Source of the DNA: a virus
Taxonomy: Duplodnaviria > Caudoviricetes
DNA length: 32,319 bases
Virus record (IMG/VR): IMGVR_UViG_3300047294_000020
Span: 1-32,319 of that record
Strand: one strand, 5' to 3'
Of the stretch, positions 1 to 7,290 are shown in pieces (position 1 is the first letter of the stretch; every line of letters begins with the position of its first letter). The position numbers were made by a program, and so were the translations under genes. The notes beneath the pieces are model-generated. The model saw nothing but the letters and a program-made list of their open reading frames with translations, did no database searches and had not been told where the DNA came from.

Positions 1-126
1 GGAGCTGGTTTCCGAGGCCTTGGCCATGACTGGCGACAGGGACTACGACTACCAGGTGCCACCTGCAGACATGATTGATTTTGTGCAGAACTTACGCAGA
101 GCGGGGCAGCTATGAGTGAAACAATA
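1..126 (+). repeat. Terminal direct repeat, left copy (circular assembly overlap)
   Basis: 1-126 identical to 32193-32318; next base differs (G127 vs C32319). Confidence 0.95.
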
Positions 127-582
127 GTAGCGATTGACTTGGGCACCACTACAGGCTGGGCGTGCCGGCCACTGCATGGTCCGATCGCATACGGGTACGC
201 TACCTTTAAGCCTGGCAGATACGAGGGCGGCGGCATGCGCTACTTGCGCTTTAAGCAGTGGTTGACTGAGCTGAAGGGTACGGTGGGTGGCGAGATCCAA
301 TCCATCTACTTTGAAGAGGTGCGCCGGCATGCCAGCACAGACAGCGCGCATGTCTACGGCGGCCTGATGGCCACGCTGACCAGCTGGTGTGAGCACCACA
401 AGATCCCATACCAAGGCGTGCCGGTTGGCACCATCAAAAAGCACGCTACGGGAAAAGGCAACGCGAGCAAGGAAGACATGATCGCTGCCATGGTTGGCAT
501 GGGCTACCAGGTAACAGATGACAACGTAGCAGACGCGCTATCGCTGCTGCACTGGGCACTATCGGAGGTGGACAATGCTTGA
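112..582 (+). CDS. RuvC-like Holliday junction resolvase (RNase H fold)
   Basis: IVAIDLGTTTGWA, central FEEV, KKHATGKGNASK and C-terminal DNVADA acidic motifs typical of phage RuvC-like proteins. Confidence 0.85.
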   Translation: MSETIVAIDLGTTTGWACRPLHGPIAYGYATFKPGRYEGGGMRYLRFKQWLTELKGTVGGEIQSIYFEEVRRHASTDSAHVYGGLMATLTSWCEHHKIPYQGVPVGTIKKHATGKGNASKEDMIAAMVGMGYQVTDDNVADALSLLHWALSEVDNA

Positions 583-682
583 GACTGTATTGATTGTTGT
601 TGCGCTGATGTTGATCGGCGTGATGGTTGGTGTCTTTGTGGCCATCGCGCTGATAAACAGCTGGATGGACAGGGACGACTGA
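575..682 (+). CDS. 35-aa single-TM peptide (not in ORF track)
   Basis: MLETVLIVVALMLIGVMVGVFVAIALINSWMDRDD; GGAGG upstream; TGATG coupling with ORF at 682. Confidence 0.7.
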   Translation: MLETVLIVVALMLIGVMVGVFVAIALINSWMDRDD

Positions 683-903
683 TGCACATTAGTTACGTGA
701 AGATTGTCAGAGATGACGAGGGCACGGTCATTGACACGCAGGAGGCCAACGGCGAGATGCGCAGGCTCAACTACCAGATCGAGGTCTTGAAGGCTGCGCT
801 CGAGATCGAGATGGATCGGGTGTACGACTTGAAGGAACTACTGGACGAGGTGCGCCGGTTGGCCTTTGAGCTCAACGAGGAAGTCTTGAGGGTGCAGCCA
901 TGA
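682..903 (+). CDS. Hypothetical coiled-coil protein
   Basis: Coupled start/stop overlaps at both ends; heptad-like C-terminal half. Confidence 0.7.
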   Translation: MHISYVKIVRDDEGTVIDTQEANGEMRRLNYQIEVLKAALEIEMDRVYDLKELLDEVRRLAFELNEEVLRVQP

Positions 904-1124
904 AGTGCCCGATCTGCAGCACGTGGACGTCAATCAAAGAGACACGCAAGCGAGAGAACAACATTACAGTGCGGCGGTATGAGTGTGCCAACCTGCACAC
1001 ATTCAAGACCTCTGAGCAGATCACCCACATTCTGGACGCTACACACATGGAGCAGCTTAAGTTAGCCAGGTTAGAAAACCTAGCCAAGGCCAGCAGGAGC
1101 CGCAAGAAGGCAAGCAATGCATGA
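900..1124 (+). CDS. Zinc-ribbon protein (NrdR-N/Ogr-like), possible transcription regulator
   Basis: MKCPIC...RRYECANLHTFKT pattern; ATGA overlap. Confidence 0.7.
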   Translation: MKCPICSTWTSIKETRKRENNITVRRYECANLHTFKTSEQITHILDATHMEQLKLARLENLAKASRSRKKASNA

Positions 1125-1348
1125 AGAGGAAGTACATCTATCGCAAGGCAAGCAACGCGCCGTCACCCAGCCTGGAATGCCTGCTGATGGCGTGTGGGCG
1201 AGAGTTGTTGACGACCTGGGAAGTGCTCAAAGACAAGCAGCTGGTGGACAGGCACCTGGCGAGTCTAGACAAAGTCTATGGCGTAAACGCAGAGCAGAGG
1301 GTCAGGCAGTACATGCGAGAGATCAAGAGGAATGAGCGCGGTGGCTGA
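1121..1348 (+). CDS. Hypothetical protein
   Basis: ATGA coupling to upstream gene, overlaps next start. Confidence 0.65.
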   Translation: MKRKYIYRKASNAPSPSLECLLMACGRELLTTWEVLKDKQLVDRHLASLDKVYGVNAEQRVRQYMREIKRNERGG

Positions 1349-2174
1349 CAATGTGGTGAGCTTTGAGATACCAAAGCCACCAAGGCTGAGGTTGAAGGAG
1401 GCACCACCAGACCAGCGCAAGTTAGTAGTGCTGCCGATCAAGGCGGTCTTTGACCAACGATTGCATCACGGTGCAGTGAGAGTGCTGGCAGCGCTGTGTA
1501 GTTACTGCAACAGAGCCGGCATCACATGGGTGAGCCAGACAAGGCTAGCCAAGGACTTGAGCATCACCCAGCAAGCGGTATCAAAGCAGTTCAAGCAGCT
1601 TAGAGAGTGCGGCTACCTGGAGACAGTAAGGAAGGGTTTTAAAGGAGAGAGGACAGACACGCTACGGGTTATCTTTGGCGCAGACATAGACGCAGAGACA
1701 GCCATAGCAGTGACGAGCAGTATTGAGGACACTAGAACACCACAGATGAAAAGGGAGCAAGACATGCAAACAGACAAACCAGAGCCAGCAGCAGGCAAGC
1801 GCAAAGTAGTCAAAAAGAGTCAATCAAAGCGTGGACAACCTGTGCATAAGATACCTAGCACTAACAACCCGCAGGTTGTGCAGCAATCACAACCTTATCA
1901 CAACGTAGAGGTTGTAGATAACACGGAAGAAGACATGAGAGGTCTTCCTGTTATAAGTAGTCTTGTTACAAGTAAACTTCTTAAAGAGAAAGAAGCAGAC
2001 ATGTTAGTACTGAACAACTTAGAAGTTAACGAGTTGAAGTCGGATGGCATGACAGACACGCAGATCGCTGACAGCCTCAACACGCTGCTGCCGTTGTACA
2101 AGGCCGAGGGCATCACACCCACATCCAAGGTCTTGATGGCTGGAATACGTCAATTGCAGGCAGATGCCCGATGA
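1332..2174 (+). CDS. HTH replication initiator-like protein
   Basis: VLAALCSYCNRAGITWVSQTRLAKDLSITQQAVSKQFKQLRECGYL winged-HTH typical of phage Rep proteins; low-complexity linker carrying iteron-like repeats. Confidence 0.75.
   Translation: MSAVADNVVSFEIPKPPRLRLKEAPPDQRKLVVLPIKAVFDQRLHHGAVRVLAALCSYCNRAGITWVSQTRLAKDLSITQQAVSKQFKQLRECGYLETVRKGFKGERTDTLRVIFGADIDAETAIAVTSSIEDTRTPQMKREQDMQTDKPEPAAGKRKVVKKSQSKRGQPVHKIPSTNNPQVVQQSQPYHNVEVVDNTEEDMRGLPVISSLVTSKLLKEKEADMLVLNNLEVNELKSDGMTDTQIADSLNTLLPLYKAEGITPTSKVLMAGIRQLQADAR
1831..2030. promoter_or_regulatory. Putative replication origin inside initiator gene
   Basis: DnaA-box match TTATGCACA on - strand at 1841-1849; palindromes ACAAC-N6-GTTGT at 1864-1879 and 1900-1915; ACAACC half-sites at 1835 and 1889; AT-rich stretch downstream. 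Confidence 0.6.
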
Positions 2175-2473
2175 TTGAATGCCCTCTCCGCGGGTTCTGT
2201 GGTACCTACAAGCCACGATCTAGGGTCGGTCTAGGCAAGGGTAGCCACTCGACCTCTCAGCTCGTTGTAGAGGCTCTGGCACAAACCTGTGCAAAGACCA
2301 AACGAACGTATGGATTGTGCTCAAGCAAAGGCACGGCACATGTGCAAGGCGTGGCAGGCAGGCAGCGCCTGCAGCTGGCCAAGCAAGAGGCACCCTTGCC
2401 CCCCGCCCCCTACGGTAGCGTAGCGGGGGTTCCCCTCAATTTTTCCCCTGTTTTTAACCAAGGAGTTGTATGA
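2171..2473 (+). CDS. Possible hypothetical protein (may be non-coding)
   Basis: ATGA overlaps at both ends, but no recognisable motif and it spans a C-rich hairpin element. Confidence 0.35.
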   Translation: MIECPLRGFCGTYKPRSRVGLGKGSHSTSQLVVEALAQTCAKTKRTYGLCSSKGTAHVQGVAGRQRLQLAKQEAPLPPAPYGSVAGVPLNFSPVFNQGVV

Positions 2474-2724
2474 CTGATGATCGTGAAATAAAGCCTAGTG
2501 AGGGCAAGTGCTGGAAGAATGCTGAGAAGACTGAGTCTTGGCATGGAGACTACAAGGGCACCTTTGTGATGCCAGATGGGACTAAGCACTTCCTTGACCT
2601 GTATGTGAACAAGACTGCTGATGGTGCAGTGTGGTTCAAGATCAAGGTGGGTGTGGCTAAGACTGCTCAGGCTGCTGCGCCTGTTGCCAAGGTAGCTTTG
2701 CTTGACGAGGATATACCTTTCTGA
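2470..2724 (+). CDS. Small SSB-like protein with acidic DEDIPF tail
   Basis: AAGGAG RBS; beta-rich core (GDYKGTF); ends LDEDIPF like the bacterial SSB C-terminus. Confidence 0.7.
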   Translation: MTDDREIKPSEGKCWKNAEKTESWHGDYKGTFVMPDGTKHFLDLYVNKTADGAVWFKIKVGVAKTAQAAAPVAKVALLDEDIPF

Positions 2725-3161
2725 TGGCACGGGTTAAATCTCGCTTATCTGAGCAGATCCCTAGTGTGAAGAACTGGGGTGGTGTGCGCTCGATTGAGAG
2801 GCGCTTAGAGCGCAGTGCTACGCTTGAGAGCAATCGTGAGGCTGTGGCCTATGCGTTGCTGTCTATGGCCAACACGAAGATCACAGACATTATGAGCTGG
2901 GATGAGAGTGGCAATGTGACTGTGAAGGCTAGCCACCTGATACCAGAGCATGCGTTGCACGCGATTAAGTCTATCAAGGTCAACAGCAAGAAGGACTCTG
3001 ACGGCAATGTGTACTCCACGCTTGACATTGAGCTGTACGACAAGGTGGGAGTCTTGAGGTTGCTGGCCAAGGCTAGTGGACTGCTGGATAACCCAGATGA
3101 TGGCAGCAGCAAGCCATCTGTGATTGACATCAATGTGGTGGCGCCGAGGGGTGAGACATGA
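2724..3161 (+). CDS. Terminase small subunit
   Basis: AIKSIKV...IELYDKVGVLRLLAK resembles the TerS C-terminal motif; lies upstream of TerL. Confidence 0.7.
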   Translation: MARVKSRLSEQIPSVKNWGGVRSIERRLERSATLESNREAVAYALLSMANTKITDIMSWDESGNVTVKASHLIPEHALHAIKSIKVNSKKDSDGNVYSTLDIELYDKVGVLRLLAKASGLLDNPDDGSSKPSVIDINVVAPRGET

Positions 3162-3316
3162 TGGATGAGTACGACATTGAGGAGCTCAAGGCACAGGACA
3201 GGCACGAGCGTAGGCATAGGAGTATGCTTATGGCTCACCCTAACTGCAGGGATCCGGATCACCCAGGTTGCGACTTATGTGAGGAGGTTGACGATGATGA
3301 AACAGCACATAACTGA
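3158..3316 (+). CDS. 52-aa His/Cys-rich peptide (not in ORF track)
   Basis: MMDEYDIEELKAQDRHERRHRSMLMAHPNCRDPDHPGCDLCEEVDDDETAHN; ATGA coupling with TerS stop. Confidence 0.7.
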   Translation: MMDEYDIEELKAQDRHERRHRSMLMAHPNCRDPDHPGCDLCEEVDDDETAHN

Positions 3317-3503
3317 TGACCACCCAACTGTGCGGGTGTTCCCGCGCACTCTGGAAGAGGCTTGGCCTAAAGAGTACGTCAATAAAGACATCATTACTGG
3401 ACCGCACCGAGACCCACCACTAAGTGACTTTGCAATACTCCTGGCGCTTATTGCTGTGGCGAGCTTTTTCTTTTACATGTTTAACAAATACATTTGGATC
3501 TGA
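3294..3503 (+). CDS. Hypothetical membrane protein (start revised from 3165)
   Basis: GAGGAGG at 3281-3287 precedes ATG 3294/3297; FPRTLEEAW motif and C-terminal TM helix. Confidence 0.65.
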   Translation: MMKQHITDDHPTVRVFPRTLEEAWPKEYVNKDIITGPHRDPPLSDFAILLALIAVASFFFYMFNKYIWI

Positions 3504-5056
3504 GCGTGAAAACAAAAGAGCATTCAACTAAAGCTATTCCCGTTGGTGGGCTAAACCTTGACTTCAGCGAGTCGCCTGTCATCTATGACTTCATCCAGAG
3601 CAAAAACTTTGTACAAGGCATCATGGGGCCTGTGGGCTCGGGCAAGAGTTACGGGTGTGCAGCCAAGATCTTTATCAAAGCTGTGCAGCAAAAGCCCTCA
3701 CCCATTGACAACATACGCTACTCGCGCTGGGCTATCGTGCGAAATAGCTACCCCATGCTCAAGACCACCACGATCAAGACATGGATAGACCTCTTTCCCG
3801 AGAGCACATTTGGTAACTTGCTGTGGACACCGCCTATCACACACCACATCCGACTGCCAGCTCGAGGAGAGGCCTGCGGTATTGACTGCGAGGTGATCTT
3901 TCTAGCACTTGATCAACCTAAAGATGTACGCAAGTTGCTGTCTTTGGAGCTCACAGGCGCTTGGGTGAATGAGGCGCGTGAGTTACCCAAGGCAGTTATT
4001 GACGGGTTGACCCACCGTGTTGGCCGATACCCTACCCAGCGAGATGGCGGCGCCTCATGGCACGGTATCTGGATGGACACCAACCCGTGTGATGATGATC
4101 ATTGGTATCACCGCATGGCTGAGAAGGAGAAAATGAGCGGTCCACACGCCTGGAAGTTCTTTCGACAGCCTGGCGGCGTGGTGCCTGTAGACGTAGAGCA
4201 CCTGCCGGAGAACCCAGAGGCCAACGATCATGTCTTTGCGTCTGGCAAGTGGTGGAAAGTTAACCCCAAAGCAGAGAACATACACAACCTGCCAGCAGGC
4301 TACTACCAGCAAATGCTGCTTGGCAAGAACTTAGACTGGATCCGCTGCTACGCCGGTGGCGAATACACCTATGTGCAGGAAGGCAGACCCGTCTGGCCAG
4401 AGTATGAAGACTCGACCATGTCGGGAGAGACCGAAATCGACCCCAATGTGCCCATCCAAGTGGGCTTGGACTTTGGTCTAACCCCAGCTGCCACCATTGG
4501 ACAGCGTTTGCCCAACGGCAGGTGGCTCATACACCAAGAGATCGTCACCTTTGACATGGGTCTCGAGCGCTTTGGCCACCAGCTGCTCGGAGAACTGAAC
4601 CAACGCTACCCCAACCACCAGGTATTGGTCTGGGGAGACCCAGCCGGCATGGCAAGGGACGGTATATACGAGGTCACAGCCTTTGACTACCTTAAAACAC
4701 TGGGCTTGCGTGCGCAGCCGACAGCGTCCAATGACTTTAAGGTGCGTCGTGAGGCGTCAGCCGCCCCTATGCAGCGTCTTATCCAAGGCCGACCAGGTCT
4801 TATCGTCAACCGAGAGTGCAAGCTGCTGCGTAAATCACTTGCCGGTGGCTACCACTTTAAGCGCATAGCCATTGGCGCAGGTCAAGAGCGCTTTAGGGAT
4901 GCCCCAAACAAGAATGAGCACTCGCACATTGGCGACTCCTTTGGCTACCTGATGCTGGGTGGCGGTGAATACAACCGCATGACACGCACACACCAGCTCG
5001 GCGGTAGACCTATGGGTCAATCCAGCGCCAGCACCGACTTTGATGTGTTTGCGTAG
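3494..5056 (+). CDS. terL: Terminase large subunit
   Basis: Walker A GPVGSGKS, Walker B AWVNEARE, DTNP motif, nuclease GLDFGLTP and C-terminal HIGD; start may be GTG 3506. Confidence 0.95.
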   Translation: MDLSVKTKEHSTKAIPVGGLNLDFSESPVIYDFIQSKNFVQGIMGPVGSGKSYGCAAKIFIKAVQQKPSPIDNIRYSRWAIVRNSYPMLKTTTIKTWIDLFPESTFGNLLWTPPITHHIRLPARGEACGIDCEVIFLALDQPKDVRKLLSLELTGAWVNEARELPKAVIDGLTHRVGRYPTQRDGGASWHGIWMDTNPCDDDHWYHRMAEKEKMSGPHAWKFFRQPGGVVPVDVEHLPENPEANDHVFASGKWWKVNPKAENIHNLPAGYYQQMLLGKNLDWIRCYAGGEYTYVQEGRPVWPEYEDSTMSGETEIDPNVPIQVGLDFGLTPAATIGQRLPNGRWLIHQEIVTFDMGLERFGHQLLGELNQRYPNHQVLVWGDPAGMARDGIYEVTAFDYLKTLGLRAQPTASNDFKVRREASAAPMQRLIQGRPGLIVNRECKLLRKSLAGGYHFKRIAIGAGQERFRDAPNKNEHSHIGDSFGYLMLGGGEYNRMTRTHQLGGRPMGQSSASTDFDVFA

Positions 5057-5081
5057 GGTATAACGCCACGATATACAGGTG

Positions 5082-5110
5082 TTGCTAGTCTAGTTTGTGG
5101 TTTATAAAAT
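5082..5110 (+). promoter_or_regulatory. Sigma70-like promoter for virion genes
   Basis: TTGCTA (5082-5087), 17-nt spacer, TAAAAT (5105-5110). Confidence 0.65.
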
Positions 5111-5116
5111 TAGGTT

Positions 5117-5590
5117 ATGAGTAATGACTTGATTGAGTTGCCACCAGCTAACTTGCCTGCACCGGTTGCACGGCAAAAGATCATGGCTATACAGATGGCG
5201 TGCCAAGCGCTGCCAGATGGACAACGCATGGACGAGTCGCCACCGCTTAAGCACTGGTTAGCGCCTGGCATCTATGCGCGTGAGATCTTTTTGCCAGGCG
5301 GCACGGTTGTTGTTGGCAAGATCCACAGGCACCGCCACTTCAACATCATTAGCAAGGGCAGCATTACTTGCTACACAGAATTTGGTCTAGAGACACACAC
5401 TGCGCCTGCATCTTTTATCTCAGAAGTTGGAACTAAGCGCGTTGTGCATACGCATGAGGATGCAATTTGGACAACTATCCATCCCAATCCAACCGATGAA
5501 ACTGATATTGGAAAACTAGAAGAAATGTTTACTGCTCTTGAGTATTACGAGCTTGGTATGGAAGTTTACAAACATGAGGAGTTAGCTTAA
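5117..5590 (+). CDS. Cupin-like phage protein
   Basis: APGIYAREIFLPGGTVVVGKIHRHRHFNIISKG and KRVVHTHED fit a His-liganded beta-barrel. Confidence 0.6.
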   Translation: MSNDLIELPPANLPAPVARQKIMAIQMACQALPDGQRMDESPPLKHWLAPGIYAREIFLPGGTVVVGKIHRHRHFNIISKGSITCYTEFGLETHTAPASFISEVGTKRVVHTHEDAIWTTIHPNPTDETDIGKLEEMFTALEYYELGMEVYKHEELA

Positions 5591-6039
5591 TGACCTATTT
5601 TATTTCTGGCGCAATACTTTTAAGCACTGCAGTAAGTGCTGATCAAGCGCGCAAATCACGCAAGCAAGCGGAAGCAGACCAGCGCACCTTGCTAGCGCAG
5701 CAAGCCGTTGACCAGGCTGCCATGCGCACTGAGCTGCAGCGACAGACAGGTGAGTACGCCAAGCAGGGCGCGTCCCTCGAGCAGCAGGCACAGACCGCTC
5801 GCCAGCAGTTTGAGCAGTCACAGCAGACATACGCTACCAACAAGCTAGAGATGGACAGGAAAGCCAAGGAAGTGCAGGAGGCTGCCGACGAAGAGCGTCG
5901 CAAGGCAGCATCAGCGGAGGCCTCGGCACTTAGAGCACGCACCCGTGGTGGCCGCCGGTCGCTACTCTCAGGTGAACGCATGGACGCAGAGCTGGGTGTG
6001 CCTATTAACTTAGGCGCTGGTGGCATGAGGTTGCAGTAA
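5590..6039 (+). CDS. Pre-portal virion assembly/ejection protein
   Basis: Ala/Gln coiled coil then GGRRSLLS; position comparable to T7 gp6.7/7.3; TAATG coupling. Confidence 0.55.
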   Translation: MTYFISGAILLSTAVSADQARKSRKQAEADQRTLLAQQAVDQAAMRTELQRQTGEYAKQGASLEQQAQTARQQFEQSQQTYATNKLEMDRKAKEVQEAADEERRKAASAEASALRARTRGGRRSLLSGERMDAELGVPINLGAGGMRLQ

Positions 6040-6641
6040 TGGCTACCCTACCCCAGTTTAAACAGCGCCAGATAGCACGGCGCAGCACATCAGACATTGA
6101 TCGACTGGCTAAACAATACAAATCCAGCATCGACGCTATAACAGGTGAGTACCAAACGGCATTTACTGGCTACCAAACAGGCGTGGCAGAGAAGATGAAA
6201 CCCTTTGAGGCCGAGCTGGCCACATACAAAGAGTCTCTGCTGCCAACCTATGAAGCTCAAAAGACGAGCTACCAAAAAAACCTAGAAAACTACAACAAGC
6301 TGCTAGCCGATATAGAGGCCAACCCCGTAACCGAGGCCACTGGTTATAAGCAAGTTAAAAAACCAAGATATGGTTTATTTGGTTTAGCTGGTTACAACAC
6401 TGTAAATGAGCCGTTTACTTATTACATACCAAAAGAGATCCCCAAGTTTACAGAGACAGCACCCACACCGCCGGCAACACCTATGGCACCTACGGTAGAG
6501 GCGTTTGACTCTGGCGAGTTTGCTGCCAAGAAGGAAGAAGTCGAGGGCAGGTTCAAGCGTGAGCTCGGTGAGCGACGCGCTGCCAAGATAGGCGCCGTAT
6601 CTCGCAGAATGACTAGACCACTTTTACAGGGAGAGAAGTAA
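6039..6641 (+). CDS. Hypothetical, probably virion-associated protein
   Basis: TAATG coupling at both ends; coiled coil, Pro-rich linker, basic C-terminus. Confidence 0.65.
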   Translation: MATLPQFKQRQIARRSTSDIDRLAKQYKSSIDAITGEYQTAFTGYQTGVAEKMKPFEAELATYKESLLPTYEAQKTSYQKNLENYNKLLADIEANPVTEATGYKQVKKPRYGLFGLAGYNTVNEPFTYYIPKEIPKFTETAPTPPATPMAPTVEAFDSGEFAAKKEEVEGRFKRELGERRAAKIGAVSRRMTRPLLQGEK

Positions 6642-6814
6642 TGCCAGGCCACTACGAAACAAAAGACGGAAAGATGAAAGACAAAGTCTCTAAGGTCATG
6701 CGCGAGTACAAGGCCGGCAAGCTCAAGAGCTCTAGCGGTGACAAAGTCACCAGCCAAAAGCAAGCCGTTGCTATTGCAATGTCTGAGGCTGGCATGTCAA
6801 AGGGCAAGAAATGA
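6641..6814 (+). CDS. 57-aa basic protein, DUF6496-like (not in ORF track)
   Basis: KVMREYKAGKLKSSSGDKVTSQKQAVAIAMSEAG; family recalled from memory; coupled at both ends. Confidence 0.75.
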   Translation: MPGHYETKDGKMKDKVSKVMREYKAGKLKSSSGDKVTSQKQAVAIAMSEAGMSKGKK

Positions 6815-6969
6815 AAGAGGTCTGGGACAAGCCAAGGCCTAAGGAGCTGGGAAAGCCAAAGGAGCTCTCTGCTGCCGACAAGCGCAACGCTATGCGCCGT
6901 GCAGCTAAAGCTGGCCGTCCATACCCCAACCTCATTGACAACATGGCAGCAGCGCGAGACAAGAAGTGA
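6811..6969 (+). CDS. 52-aa basic protein (not in ORF track)
   Basis: MKEVWDKPRPK...AAKAGRPYPNLIDNMAAARDKK; ATGA and GTGA overlaps. Confidence 0.75.
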   Translation: MKEVWDKPRPKELGKPKELSAADKRNAMRRAAKAGRPYPNLIDNMAAARDKK

Positions 6970-7289
6970 GCAAGTACAAAGATCCAGAGGGTGGGTTGAC
7001 CGAAGCCGGTCGACGCAAGTTTGAGAGCTCCGGTGAGAGCAAGAACCTGCAGCCTGGTGTCAAAGACAAGAGCCCTGCAGGCCAAGCACTGCGTCGTAAA
7101 GGATCTTTCCTGACTCGGTTCTATACCAACCCTAGCGGCCCACTGGTAGACGACAAGGGCAAGCCAACCAGGCTAGCGCTCGCAGCCAACGCATGGGGCG
7201 AGTCGCCACCACGCACTGCAGGTGCAGCAGCTAGGCTCGCGGCCAAGGGGCGCAACATGTTGCAGAAGTACGAATTGCAAAAGGATTGA
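6966..7289 (+). CDS. Basic phage protein, DUF6321-like
   Basis: KDPEGGLTEAGR...NLQPGV...RRKGSFLTRF; family recalled from memory. Confidence 0.65.
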   Translation: MSKYKDPEGGLTEAGRRKFESSGESKNLQPGVKDKSPAGQALRRKGSFLTRFYTNPSGPLVDDKGKPTRLALAANAWGESPPRTAGAAARLAAKGRNMLQKYELQKD

Positions 7290-7290
7290 T

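Noticed and set aside
3165-3293. N-terminal extension of track ORF 3165-3503
   Set aside because: Better explained by coupled ORF 3158-3316 plus an RBS-supported start at 3294/3297
7222-7290. Longer portal start
   Set aside because: Overlaps the upstream gene; ATG 7291 has an RBS
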